From: Ignavibacteriota bacterium
GTDB lineage: Bacteria; Bacteroidota; Ignavibacteria; UBA10030; SZUA-254
Length of the DNA stretch: 64,000 nucleotides
Assembly: GCA_016209795.1 (NCBI GenBank)
Contig: JACQVI010000079.1
Span: 421-64,420 of the forward strand
Direction of reading: 5' to 3'
A program made the position numbers and the translations under genes. Below the pieces are notes generated by a model. It saw only the letters and a program-made list of their open reading frames with translations, was not told the DNA's origin and did no database searches. Shown in pieces: positions 41,253 to 51,084 of the stretch (its first letter is position 1; each line of letters opens with the position of its first letter).

Positions 41253-44200
41253 ATGGAATTCTTCATCATACCTCAGCTTACTTTGACTTTTGCGTTAGCT
41301 CTTCTGATATCGAGAAGTAGCCAAGAGACATTAGTCGGAGTATCAAAGTACTTCTTCATAGCATATTCTTGGTTCACGTGCGGATTACTCGTTTGGATGA
41401 TAACTTATTTCATTGGATTGGGCGACAACGGGACACCAAGGTTGTCGCTGGAGGAGCAACGACGAATTGTACACTTGGGTTACTATGTAGATCCGGATAG
41501 TTCAATTACTTTCAGTGGAGAGGGTTTTGAGAATTCCTTTCCTCACCAAGTCCTAAGTAACAACGATCGGATAAGACTAACACCTCTCTTTGGCCCTAGT
41601 ACTCTCAGAGCGACGAAATGGTTGGTTGAACATGAGATTCGCAGCCAACCCTTGAGACTCGATGATTCATGCGTAAACATCTCTCAACAAATGTGGCTGG
41701 CTCCAGGAGATACCTTCTCTGCTTATATCTACAGGGAGAGCGGCCCGCTTTTTTTCCGTCTCAGATGGGTAGTTGACACAACGTGGTGGGGTAGAGTCCA
41801 AAACAAATACTATTATACACAAGGTGTCTTCAGAAATGGGCTGGCAAATTACGAAATACGTGATACGGTGTTTTCAAAAAGCGCGCTGAGAGAAGGCCGC
41901 AAGCTGAGCGTAATGATGAGTTTGTGGGCTCAAAGAGAAAAAGAAGTATCTCAGCGTATTAACTCAACTTTATGGAATATCTTTCGAGGCATTACTTTCG
42001 TACGCGAGAAAAGAAATGACATTCTATCCAGGATAGGCCTGCTCATTGCTGATTCTTTGCTAGAAGAGTCCAATATTACGTTATACAAGAACTCTTCACG
42101 CCTTACCCGAGAAAGTGCCAACAGGGTAATAGAAATTCCTTTTTCTACCCATGTCGAGTGTGGGCTTGGGGCAAGCGATAAGCTCTCCCTTGTTCTTACA
42201 GATACGTTATCAAACGATAGCTACTTGGGCAATGTCCTCGAAGTCCGGTTTGAAAAACCCTATCGCTGGCCGCTGCCTCCAAAGCCTGACCAATATTTTA
42301 TCACAACCACCACCGATGATTTCATCCCTAGAGATGGCTATCGGATAAGCCTCGGACAATCAACAAATCCACTGTACGCGAAGTGTGTTCTGAATCGGGC
42401 AAGAGACACCATCGAAATAACTGATGGCAGGAGTGTCAGAGCTTTTCCATTGGGCGGTGTTATTAGGCTAGGGGACTTCCAACGTGGAGCAATCCTCTCT
42501 CTAGGGTCTGTAAACACTTTCGCAACTCTCCCATTGATTAGTAGCCAGCTGTACAATATTGGAGTTACAGCAACCTTGTTTCTTTTGATTTTGACTCTAT
42601 TAGTTACTTGGCTTCATTTTACAGAGAAGTACTCCCGTCCGAGGCTCGATGTTGGTTGGGTCGTGGTTTGGGGAGTAATGCTCACGATACTTACAGTGCG
42701 CCTTGTCTTATCGTATCGGGCAAGCTTATTGGCTCCAGAAGATGCGACACCGCGTGAGGTATTGGAAGTCTTTAGAAAGAGCCTCGATCTGAGCCTACTT
42801 GGCCTGCTCTTGATCCCATTATTGTTCATAGTCACACGTTGGTGTTGCCGAGATCACATAGAAGGTTTGTTTAGCAAAACCATTGCCGTTCTCAGGAAAC
42901 ATAAAACCATTGTATTACTGACATCGGCCATTGGGGCAGTTGCAATCTTCTCATGGCACATCCATTTCCAAAAACTCATTCAGGAAGCCTCTGAAGTCGA
43001 ATGGTTTCATTGGATCATGATTGGGGTATTACTTTTCGTCTGCAGTCTAGTTTGGATTCTGATGCGCAAGTGGAGAATCTACCTTGGGTGGGCCGCTGTT
43101 ATCCTTGCGTGGGTCCTTGTCGCCCATTTTTTTGGTATTGGTGAATCATTCTTCGGCCGCGTGAATATCGCAACGCACGTCTTCATGATAGTAGCCCTTC
43201 TCTCAGTGTCCAAACGAATCGTCGCTAATGCCAGCGTTATCGATTATACCATGGGCTTTTTGATTATCGTCGTTGGAATAGTGGCGGTCGTGGTTATCAT
43301 AGGTGATCGGGGGTTCATAATCTATACTCCGTCTTTGGTAACATTCCCGTTGTTGTGTCTTTTCTGGAATCGCCAATCAATCAACAACATCGTCTCTGAC
43401 GGACGTATCTACATCAGTTCACGATTACCTTTGGTTTTAGCTGGAATCATCAGTTTCGTTCTGCTCGTGGCGCTTCTCTCACAACTCGAGTGGAGGAGCC
43501 AAGTAATAAATCCTCGTAATCTTGAATCGCTCCATTACCGTTTAGCGAGCTTCACTGACACAGAAGAGTCTATTCTTCTCGCTCGTGAGGAAGATAGAAA
43601 CTTCAATCTGGATATGCTGCTCAGAAACTCGCATCAAGATTGGCAGATGAAGTTGTATGCGTCCGAAGGTGCTGATAGCGCGAGAGGATACGGAAAAGCG
43701 CCTCCGTCTGACATAGGAATGACTTATGCGACCTCATCTTCAGATTGCGTTTTCTCAACTTACTTGCTTGCAGAACACGGCTCCTTTGCGGCGCTGTCAG
43801 TTGTATTGTTGTATTTAACCCTAGCTATTGTTGTTTGCTTTGCTGCCTTGCATTTTCCAATCGACTACCAGCATCGTCTACTAACGTTGATCGCAATTGC
43901 ATCTTTCTTCGTGGCTAATTGTTTGTACATGGCAAGTACCAATGTTGGCTTGGCTCCCTTCACGGGTCAAAACATACCGTTACTTTCACTTCACTCTGGA
44001 TCAGATCTTGTGCAAGGATGTTTGCTTTTGCTTCTTCTCTCAGTTCTTCTATCCAAAGGGGTACATACGAGCACAGGTGTTGCACTTCCGGGGAACCCCA
44101 TCGTACGCAAGGTCGTTTTCTTTGTGATCATCCTGATCATTTTCTGGTTTGTGGCTCTCACCTTCTCTATCATTAATGTTGCTGCTAAAGACGATTATAG

Positions 44201-46466
44201 AAAAGACCATGACTTCCGCAGCACCTACCCCGGCCTTAAAGAATCTCTGCCTGACATTGATAACCCGGAGCGTGCCACACGCTGGAAATTGGTCGGTGAG
44301 AATTTGTTGCGACGCGCGGGCAGCTTCGCCATTCCGGGAATCGATGCTCTCATTGCGCAATTTAACGAAAAAGCCAACAAGTACGATGCTAACAATAACC
44401 TGATTTATCTCGCAGTCCACCCGACGAAAGGAGATACGGTCGTCGCAGTCAACCGAAATTATTTTAGACTTCGTTCTCCGTTCAGAATCGATTCGATCTG
44501 GACCGGAATAATCCTTTCGAGGTCGGATCCTGCCGCACCTACTATCAGTGGATTGGGGGGATCGTTCAGAATCAGTCTCCGCGATAGAGGACATGCTGAG
44601 AAGATTTCTTTGGGCGAGTCACCACCATTAATTACGACAAGGGCAGTGCAGATCACTGATCCAGGACGTAACGATGCATTCTTTGAGTTGATCCGCAGAG
44701 GTGAGGAGCTATTCCTTGAACGAAAAATAGGAGACTGGGAGATTTCGGTTAACGGGTCTAGGGTGACCTCACCGGTGAGGTTAAATCCATTCGATATTAT
44801 TTCCTTGGCAAGAAAGCAAAGACCATCCCACCAAGTACAATCTCGTTATAGGCTGACCACATTTTACTACTTAGGAATACAACATCCCATCTTCGCTTTT
44901 ACACAATGGAGAAATGGCAGGACCCGTCGGCTGTTTCCAGAAGGCGAAGTGTTCCCGCTCTCGTACGCTTTGGCGAAAAGCATGGACGAACTCCCACACC
45001 GACCTGATACCTTGGCTATTTCGCTCAACTTGTCACTACACACTTCTCTACAAAATGAGATAGCTGCGTTTGCAAGCAGATATCCACAGTACTCAGATAA
45101 TGAACCTCTCTCCACTCGCAAGCTCGCAGTGACATTAATCGATGCTTTTTCAGGCAAATTGCTTGCCATTCCATCGTGGCCCTTCATTAGTCCAAACCAA
45201 TTCGATTTTGAGGAAAAACTAGTACGGGCAACACCTACTGAGCAAATGCGGCTGGTCAACAATCATAATTTCACGAATCATCCCATTGGTTCAACTATCA
45301 AACCGCTCGTGTTGGCTTCATTAGCAACGATGTTGTGGCCAGAGGTTGACGTGTCGAGGATCTCTGTTTCAAATATTGCGGATAATACCACAGGTCACGA
45401 AACTGGAAACCGTGAGTACCGACATCCTCATGTGCGAGTTGGAAGTCATGAGCTAGAAGCGATTTGGGATTGCAATAGTGAACAGTCCTCGATCAACGCC
45501 CATGATTTTATCATCCATTCGAGAGACTATTACATAGGCATGATAGGGGTCCTCGGAATGCTCACGGATAGGAGTGACTGGACCAGAGTACTCAACCAGG
45601 AAGGAACAGGAAACAGGATAATATATGGTAACAGAACATACTCAATCAATATGTACAACGCCCGCATGTCGCCCTTTGTTTGGGACGGTACTCGAATTAC
45701 TGGTCTCCGTACTCAATCGAGCATGGACAGTACCTTCCTTTTTAAGGGGCTTTCTTCCGCCTTCGGGGCAGGTCTCTCAACCAGTTACAAATTAATGTTG
45801 AATCGATCTGTTGCTGACTTCTTCCCTTCCTTGCATAGGATGAATCTGCCCGTCATTGATAGCTTAGAGTCAATGTATCTAGATAACGTCGTTCCCGAGC
45901 CAGTATTACTTCACTTTGGAGAAACTTCCCAACTTCTGCGTCGCGATTTGATTACTTTCTTACTCGGGGCAGGCCAGTGCCGATGGAACAACGTAATCAT
46001 GGCCCAATCTGCTGCCCGTGTTGCGACTGGTAGAGCAGTAACTGCAACCTTGGAGTTAGATAATGTGGAAGAAAATCCGCGCGCGTTTCCTCTCTTACAC
46101 CCACCAATGGATAATAGACAATGGCGCTATGACAACCTGATCACACCTATGAGGCTTGTTGGAGTGCGAGGTACAGCTGATTCATTGAGGAATCTAGTTC
46201 AATCACCATTCGTTGCCATTTACAAAACTGGCACAATTGAAGAGAGGGAACGTGGACCGGAAAGCGAGTGGCTTCTTTTTGTAGTCGGTAGATTACAGAA
46301 TGACAGTTTCGTTCCTGGTGAAACAGTAGCGGGCTTCTTCTATATGCAGGAGTCAAAAGACCGATACGGGCCTATGAAGAAGTTCGAACTTGCACGCCCG
46401 ATTATCACTCGTGTCGTTGATTATCTTAAGCGCGTTTCAACAGTGTCACAACATTACGATGAATGA
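41253..46466 (+). CDS. giant (1737 aa) SEDS (FtsW/RodA/SpoVE-like) glycosyltransferase fused to a class B penicillin-binding protein transpeptidase, with a ~420-aa N-terminal extracytoplasmic extension and extra TM helices
   Basis: SEDS blocks: SSSDCVFSTYLLAEHGSFAALSVVLLYL (compare SDFIFsvigEELGfiG; D831 at nt 43743) and GLAPFTGQNIPLLSLHSGSDL (compare GllPvTGvPLPFiSYGGSS). Transpeptidase motifs: SxxK = STIKP (S1347, nt 45291), SxN = SIN and KTG = KTGT (K1658, nt 46224). Confidence 0.7.
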   Translation: MEFFIIPQLTLTFALALLISRSSQETLVGVSKYFFIAYSWFTCGLLVWMITYFIGLGDNGTPRLSLEEQRRIVHLGYYVDPDSSITFSGEGFENSFPHQVLSNNDRIRLTPLFGPSTLRATKWLVEHEIRSQPLRLDDSCVNISQQMWLAPGDTFSAYIYRESGPLFFRLRWVVDTTWWGRVQNKYYYTQGVFRNGLANYEIRDTVFSKSALREGRKLSVMMSLWAQREKEVSQRINSTLWNIFRGITFVREKRNDILSRIGLLIADSLLEESNITLYKNSSRLTRESANRVIEIPFSTHVECGLGASDKLSLVLTDTLSNDSYLGNVLEVRFEKPYRWPLPPKPDQYFITTTTDDFIPRDGYRISLGQSTNPLYAKCVLNRARDTIEITDGRSVRAFPLGGVIRLGDFQRGAILSLGSVNTFATLPLISSQLYNIGVTATLFLLILTLLVTWLHFTEKYSRPRLDVGWVVVWGVMLTILTVRLVLSYRASLLAPEDATPREVLEVFRKSLDLSLLGLLLIPLLFIVTRWCCRDHIEGLFSKTIAVLRKHKTIVLLTSAIGAVAIFSWHIHFQKLIQEASEVEWFHWIMIGVLLFVCSLVWILMRKWRIYLGWAAVILAWVLVAHFFGIGESFFGRVNIATHVFMIVALLSVSKRIVANASVIDYTMGFLIIVVGIVAVVVIIGDRGFIIYTPSLVTFPLLCLFWNRQSINNIVSDGRIYISSRLPLVLAGIISFVLLVALLSQLEWRSQVINPRNLESLHYRLASFTDTEESILLAREEDRNFNLDMLLRNSHQDWQMKLYASEGADSARGYGKAPPSDIGMTYATSSSDCVFSTYLLAEHGSFAALSVVLLYLTLAIVVCFAALHFPIDYQHRLLTLIAIASFFVANCLYMASTNVGLAPFTGQNIPLLSLHSGSDLVQGCLLLLLLSVLLSKGVHTSTGVALPGNPIVRKVVFFVIILIIFWFVALTFSIINVAAKDDYRKDHDFRSTYPGLKESLPDIDNPERATRWKLVGENLLRRAGSFAIPGIDALIAQFNEKANKYDANNNLIYLAVHPTKGDTVVAVNRNYFRLRSPFRIDSIWTGIILSRSDPAAPTISGLGGSFRISLRDRGHAEKISLGESPPLITTRAVQITDPGRNDAFFELIRRGEELFLERKIGDWEISVNGSRVTSPVRLNPFDIISLARKQRPSHQVQSRYRLTTFYYLGIQHPIFAFTQWRNGRTRRLFPEGEVFPLSYALAKSMDELPHRPDTLAISLNLSLHTSLQNEIAAFASRYPQYSDNEPLSTRKLAVTLIDAFSGKLLAIPSWPFISPNQFDFEEKLVRATPTEQMRLVNNHNFTNHPIGSTIKPLVLASLATMLWPEVDVSRISVSNIADNTTGHETGNREYRHPHVRVGSHELEAIWDCNSEQSSINAHDFIIHSRDYYIGMIGVLGMLTDRSDWTRVLNQEGTGNRIIYGNRTYSINMYNARMSPFVWDGTRITGLRTQSSMDSTFLFKGLSSAFGAGLSTSYKLMLNRSVADFFPSLHRMNLPVIDSLESMYLDNVVPEPVLLHFGETSQLLRRDLITFLLGAGQCRWNNVIMAQSAARVATGRAVTATLELDNVEENPRAFPLLHPPMDNRQWRYDNLITPMRLVGVRGTADSLRNLVQSPFVAIYKTGTIEERERGPESEWLLFVVGRLQNDSFVPGETVAGFFYMQESKDRYGPMKKFELARPIITRVVDYLKRVSTVSQHYDE

Positions 46467-48017
46467 ACTACTAAGCAAAACGCCGCCTAACAACAGCAAA
46501 AAACGATTCGGGCAAAAAGCGCCCTCACCCAAATTGCGGCACTCTCGCAATCTTCCCACTCCCCACAGAATCAAACTAACCGCCAATCCCGGATACATCG
46601 GCTCAATCCCAAGGGGATAATTTCCTGTTGCTCCATTCACATGTCCAGCAATAAGCCACCCCAGAGATGTTAGCCAGCCGAGCAGCATCGAGAGAAATGC
46701 ATAGCGTGCCGAGATTTTCAATCGCTCAAAGTAACTTGCCATTAACGGCACAAGCAAGCCTGGAATCACAACCGTCCCAATCGTGTACCAGAGTTTGATG
46801 ACGCTGGGGATGGCAAGTCCGAGAAGAGCAGAAAATACGAAAGAGACAATCAAACCGAGTTGCGTATACTTTGTTAAAGACTGGTTTGAGTTTGCAGGTT
46901 CGAGATGTGAGTAACCCTCTCCCCTCTTGTTCCCCTCTCCCAAATTTGGGAGAGGGGATGCAGGGGTGAGGGTATTACTCAATCCTCTAACCTCTAACCG
47001 CATCGCTACATCTCTTCCCAACGTTTGTGCTGAGACAAATGCTAAAGTGTTCAACGTCGACATAATCGTTGCGAGCATGCCGACGTAAAACAATCCTTTG
47101 GCAACGGGTGGAAGAATGGTTTCCGCAAGCATTGGGTATGCTGCGATTGGATTCTGAAGATTTGGAAGTGCGGCACGAGCATACAGTCCTGCCGTTGCTG
47201 TCATACAATCAAAGATGAACCAGAAGATAATTGAAACGAGAATCCCCTTTTGCGCCGTCGTGCCGTCCTTTGCTGCGTAGCACCGTTGATGAAATGCAGG
47301 ATCGACTAACGTCCAGAGTGCTATGAAAAACCAGACAAGGATGTACTGGATGGAATGCCCGCCATGCCATGCCAAGTGCAGCGGTGGGAGGCTCGATTGC
47401 AGATACTCAAATCCTCCGTAACTCGTAATGCAAAAAGGAATAATGATAAGAAAGCCAAGGAACATCAGGATGAATTCAAGAACATCAGTCTGGACATCGG
47501 AACGAAATCCACCAAAATACAAGTAGGGAAGTATTACAATCGCAGTTACTATGACGCTCAGGAGCATACTCCATCCAAAAAGCATTTGGAGAAAAACGCT
47601 GAGCATCAGAATATATGGTGCCGGCGTCATCAGAATGAACGTGAGAACTGAGCCAAGCAGTGCTGTTTTGTTGTCGTAGGCGTGTGCGAGTTTATCCGGG
47701 ATCGAGTACAGGTTTGTTGCTCGGATTTTCTTTGCAAGGAAGAATGCGAAGACTGCAGCGAAAACATAATAAGGCAGCCCCTGCACAACCCAATTTGAGA
47801 TACCATGCCGGTATGAAAACTCTCCCACACCTAAAATACCGCCATACCATGTTGAGACCAGCGTCATCACAAACACAGGAAGCGTCAGCGAGCGTCCCGC
47901 TAAGAGATAATCTTCTTCGGACCTGGTGGTTTTCCTTGCTGATCGAAAGCCGATATAGAGAACTGCCGCAAAGTAAAAGAGAATAATGAAGATGTCGATG
48001 AAGGAGAGATTAATCAT
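46446..48017 (-). CDS. sodium:solute symporter (SSS family) transporter, probable vitamin (thiamine-related) uptake
   Basis: 523 aa with about 13 TM helices and SSS-type N-terminal helices. It is the last gene of the riboswitch-TonB-receptor-TPK operon. It contains an in-frame palindromic insertion (see repeat feature). Confidence 0.75.
   Translation of the reverse strand: MINLSFIDIFIILFYFAAVLYIGFRSARKTTRSEEDYLLAGRSLTLPVFVMTLVSTWYGGILGVGEFSYRHGISNWVVQGLPYYVFAAVFAFFLAKKIRATNLYSIPDKLAHAYDNKTALLGSVLTFILMTPAPYILMLSVFLQMLFGWSMLLSVIVTAIVILPYLYFGGFRSDVQTDVLEFILMFLGFLIIIPFCITSYGGFEYLQSSLPPLHLAWHGGHSIQYILVWFFIALWTLVDPAFHQRCYAAKDGTTAQKGILVSIIFWFIFDCMTATAGLYARAALPNLQNPIAAYPMLAETILPPVAKGLFYVGMLATIMSTLNTLAFVSAQTLGRDVAMRLEVRGLSNTLTPASPLPNLGEGNKRGEGYSHLEPANSNQSLTKYTQLGLIVSFVFSALLGLAIPSVIKLWYTIGTVVIPGLLVPLMASYFERLKISARYAFLSMLLGWLTSLGWLIAGHVNGATGNYPLGIEPMYPGLAVSLILWGVGRLRECRNLGEGAFCPNRFLLLLGGVLLSSSFIVML
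46915..46990. repeat. nested GA/CT-rich palindromic element inserted in-frame in the SSS transporter CDS
   Basis: Perfect 10-bp stem cccctctccc-aaattt-gggagagggg, flanked by an outer imperfect stem gagtaaccctc...gagggtattactc. It translates to the loop insertion NLGEGNKRGEGYSHLEP. Confidence 0.4.
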
Positions 48018-48071
48018 TGGTTCTGAGTTGTGAGTAGTTACTGGTTAGTAGTTAGTATCCAGCATCGTGGA

Positions 48072-48692
48072 TCACTGATTAATTCGATAGAGCAGGAGCG
48101 TTCCTTTTTTCACTGTAATGGTAACCATCGATGCTGTTGCTTCATTACTAATTCCCTCTCGCACGCCAAGCTCAAGCGTTTCGTTCTGCAAGCCATATTT
48201 TAAGTTCTTTGTTGTAACGCCGCTGCATCGCTCTAAGGGAATCAAGGAAAGCCGCTCACCTTTTCTCGTTTTGAAGCGGCTCCGTTTTTGAATCAAGGTT
48301 ACTTCTCCAACGGAATCCACTAAGCGCAGTCTTACGTTGCTTCCATATTTTTTGAAACAGCCAAGACTCCCAGTTGTGTGATCAATCCGATCGCCCGACC
48401 AGCCGATGACATCAATGGATGCTGCTTTTCGCTGGATACAGAATTCAATCGCTTTCTCCAGATCGGTGCTGTTCTCGTCTTCGATGAACAACTGTGGGAT
48501 GGATTTGAAAAAAGCTTTTGTGGGAGATGTGACTGAATCCATGTCGCCAAGGATGACGTCCGGCTTGATTTTCAGCCTTCGGGCATGGTTTGCTCCTCCA
48601 TCTGCACACACGATCAAGTCGGCATGCTTAAGAAGCTTACGAACAAGTTGAGGAGAAGGGGATCTTCCATTCGCTATGATGAGGGCGTGCAT
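48072..48692 (-). CDS. thiamine pyrophosphokinase
   Basis: CADGGANH and ILGDMDSV motifs typical of TPK. Length 206 aa. Confidence 0.8.
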   Translation of the reverse strand: MHALIIANGRSPSPQLVRKLLKHADLIVCADGGANHARRLKIKPDVILGDMDSVTSPTKAFFKSIPQLFIEDENSTDLEKAIEFCIQRKAASIDVIGWSGDRIDHTTGSLGCFKKYGSNVRLRLVDSVGEVTLIQKRSRFKTRKGERLSLIPLERCSGVTTKNLKYGLQNETLELGVREGISNEATASMVTITVKKGTLLLYRINQ

Positions 48693-48697
48693 GGGTC

Positions 48698-51043
48698 TTA
48701 CAAGTTTGCGGTTATGCCAACGAGATAATTCCGTTCCGCTGCAGGGAAGAATGCATTCCCTTCACCGCTCATAAAGTAGAGGTTGTTAAAGATATTCCGA
48801 ACTTCTCCACGTAGTGTGAAGGTCGTTCCAGCTATCTCGGGTGTTTGATAGATGATCTCAGCGTTTAACACTGTGTAGGCATCGTTTTTGTTGTCTTCAT
48901 TTTTGAAATTATCAGTATAGAAAGCTCCAACATATTTTGCAAGCACGGAAAGCGTTATTGGATGTTGACGATACGTTACCCGCACATTGCCAAGTGCATT
49001 TGGAAAACCTGCAATCGGATTGCCATCCAGGCTGGTAGGGACAACAATTGTGTTTCCAGCGGAGTCTGCTGATTCCAAGTATACACGATGCTTGACGAGT
49101 TCATTCTGAGAAAGCGAAAAATTACCGCTGAGTGTCAATGCTTCGACGATGTTGAAAGATCCATCAAGCTCTACACCGATGTGTCGAGTCCGTTCTGCAT
49201 TGCCAGTCACTGGCTGTCCAAAGATATCCACTTGACCGCTTTTTACCAGTTCATCAGTAAATTCCATCCAAAACACATTTGCAGAAAGACGAGCGATGGA
49301 ATTACGGAAGCCAGCACCGGCTTCGAGATCAAGCAGATGCTCTGGCTTGGCAAGCGGCTCACCAAAGTCGTATTTCACTACTCCACCTGTCGTGTCAGCT
49401 TTGAACTGTGGCGTTGCTCCGAAGTACGAATCTTCAGCAGCATATAAGTTGCGAAGTCGTGGCTCCCGTGATGTATACGCAAGGGAGAGATAAGCATTCC
49501 ATTCGTCCGTAATGTTATAGTTCAAGCCAACTCTTGGGTTGACGAAGATATATGGCAGGCTGAATGTGTTGTTCAGATATTTTTCATTCTTGATTCCATA
49601 GCGATTTCTCACAAGCTGTAAGTCAGCCATCAATGTGGTGTTCTCTGCCAGTCGATAAAGCTCGTGAGCATAGGCAGAAAGAATATCCTTCTCACCGTTG
49701 TATTCATAGAAGTGATAATCAGGATCAAAATTGGTCGGAAGTCCTTCGGCAAATTGGATTTTACCCCAATGGGTTGATCGGTGGATGCGCAGCTCAGCAC
49801 CCAATGTGAGGCTGCCATCGCCATGATCATATTCTATTCTCGGCAGCCATCCCCATTGCTTGTTGCCGACAAAAGCACGTACCAGCGTGTTGGTTGGATT
49901 CTGAGAGGTTGGAATTCCATAAGCATAACCGATTCTTAGTAGTGATGTATCTGCCCATGAGGCATCATAATCAAAGAAGCCATCGCCGGTATAGTAAAAT
50001 ATCGTGTTATGGAGAGTAGTTGTAGGGGAAAGCTGCCACTCATTCAAGAGCTCGTAGTGAGGCTGTGAGAAGTTTTCGATCTCTTGTGTTCTTCGCGCCT
50101 GGGTGTAGCCATATCCTTTGCCAGTCGAATCAACTTCCCAGTAGACGAGGTTTTGTCGGCGAAAAGTTTTATTATCGTTAACAAACTTTGGAAGACCATA
50201 GTATGCGAGGCCATCTGCGATAGGACCGCCGAAAATATGAATGCGTGTCATCATCTCTTTATCAAAACGGACTGCACCAAGGAAATACGAGTTGAAATCC
50301 ACCCAGGAATTTTCACGGTATCCGTTGCTCAGAATTTTTCCGAGTCTCCCATACACCATGTATTGCTGTTCGATCAATCCTGAGTTAATGGTTGCCGTAT
50401 ACTTTCTTGTGTTGAGTGAAAGCGTTCTTTCATCATCTCCAAACTCCTGAAATCCAAGCATCGTTTCCAGCGTGATTCCCGGCTTACGGCTGAAGGGGTT
50501 CGTGGTTAGATTAATCGAGCCGCCGATTGCTGGAGGTCCGTAGAATGCACTTCCGGCACCACGTTGCACTTGAACGATGCCAGTGCTTGCAATAAGATCG
50601 GGGAAATCTATCCAATACACATTATGATCTTCCGGATCGTTTTGAGGAACACCGTTGATCATTACCGAAAGCCGACGCTGATCAAATCCACGCAGGTTGA
50701 TGTAATTGTAGCCGATGCCGTTGCCGTTCTCCGAGTAGTATGTGATTGAAGGAAGCTCTGAGAGTAGGACCGGTATATCTTGAGTAGAGTATCGCTCCGA
50801 GAGTTCTTGCTGAGTAAGATTGGAAAATGTCACAGGCGATTCGCGCTCGGTTGCTTGAGTGGCTGTGATGATTACAGGTGATAAATAGTACGTTGTCGTA
50901 TCGGCAGGACTATCTTGGTTTTGTTGAGCAACGGATAAATGTACACTACAAATCAGATAGAGTGAAATCAATGTTAGAATCGTTTTCATTGCAAATCCTT
51001 TCATAAAAGTCTCTAAAATACAAACGCCGCTTTCCTGATCCAT
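48698..51043 (-). CDS. TonB-dependent outer-membrane receptor (probable thiamine transporter)
   Basis: Signal peptide, plug domain with TonB-box-like region and 22-strand barrel length (781 aa). TPP riboswitch immediately upstream. Confidence 0.85.
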   Translation of the reverse strand: MDQESGVCILETFMKGFAMKTILTLISLYLICSVHLSVAQQNQDSPADTTTYYLSPVIITATQATERESPVTFSNLTQQELSERYSTQDIPVLLSELPSITYYSENGNGIGYNYINLRGFDQRRLSVMINGVPQNDPEDHNVYWIDFPDLIASTGIVQVQRGAGSAFYGPPAIGGSINLTTNPFSRKPGITLETMLGFQEFGDDERTLSLNTRKYTATINSGLIEQQYMVYGRLGKILSNGYRENSWVDFNSYFLGAVRFDKEMMTRIHIFGGPIADGLAYYGLPKFVNDNKTFRRQNLVYWEVDSTGKGYGYTQARRTQEIENFSQPHYELLNEWQLSPTTTLHNTIFYYTGDGFFDYDASWADTSLLRIGYAYGIPTSQNPTNTLVRAFVGNKQWGWLPRIEYDHGDGSLTLGAELRIHRSTHWGKIQFAEGLPTNFDPDYHFYEYNGEKDILSAYAHELYRLAENTTLMADLQLVRNRYGIKNEKYLNNTFSLPYIFVNPRVGLNYNITDEWNAYLSLAYTSREPRLRNLYAAEDSYFGATPQFKADTTGGVVKYDFGEPLAKPEHLLDLEAGAGFRNSIARLSANVFWMEFTDELVKSGQVDIFGQPVTGNAERTRHIGVELDGSFNIVEALTLSGNFSLSQNELVKHRVYLESADSAGNTIVVPTSLDGNPIAGFPNALGNVRVTYRQHPITLSVLAKYVGAFYTDNFKNEDNKNDAYTVLNAEIIYQTPEIAGTTFTLRGEVRNIFNNLYFMSGEGNAFFPAAERNYLVGITANL

Positions 51044-51084
51044 CCAGCGTAGAAGAATCAGAAAAACGGCGTTCGAGAAGTTGT

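Noticed and set aside
44049-44594. 181-aa minus-strand ORF and several 60-130-aa ORFs inside 41253-46466
   Set aside because: They are antisense to a single uninterrupted 1737-codon ORF with recognisable SEDS and PBP motifs, so they are spurious.
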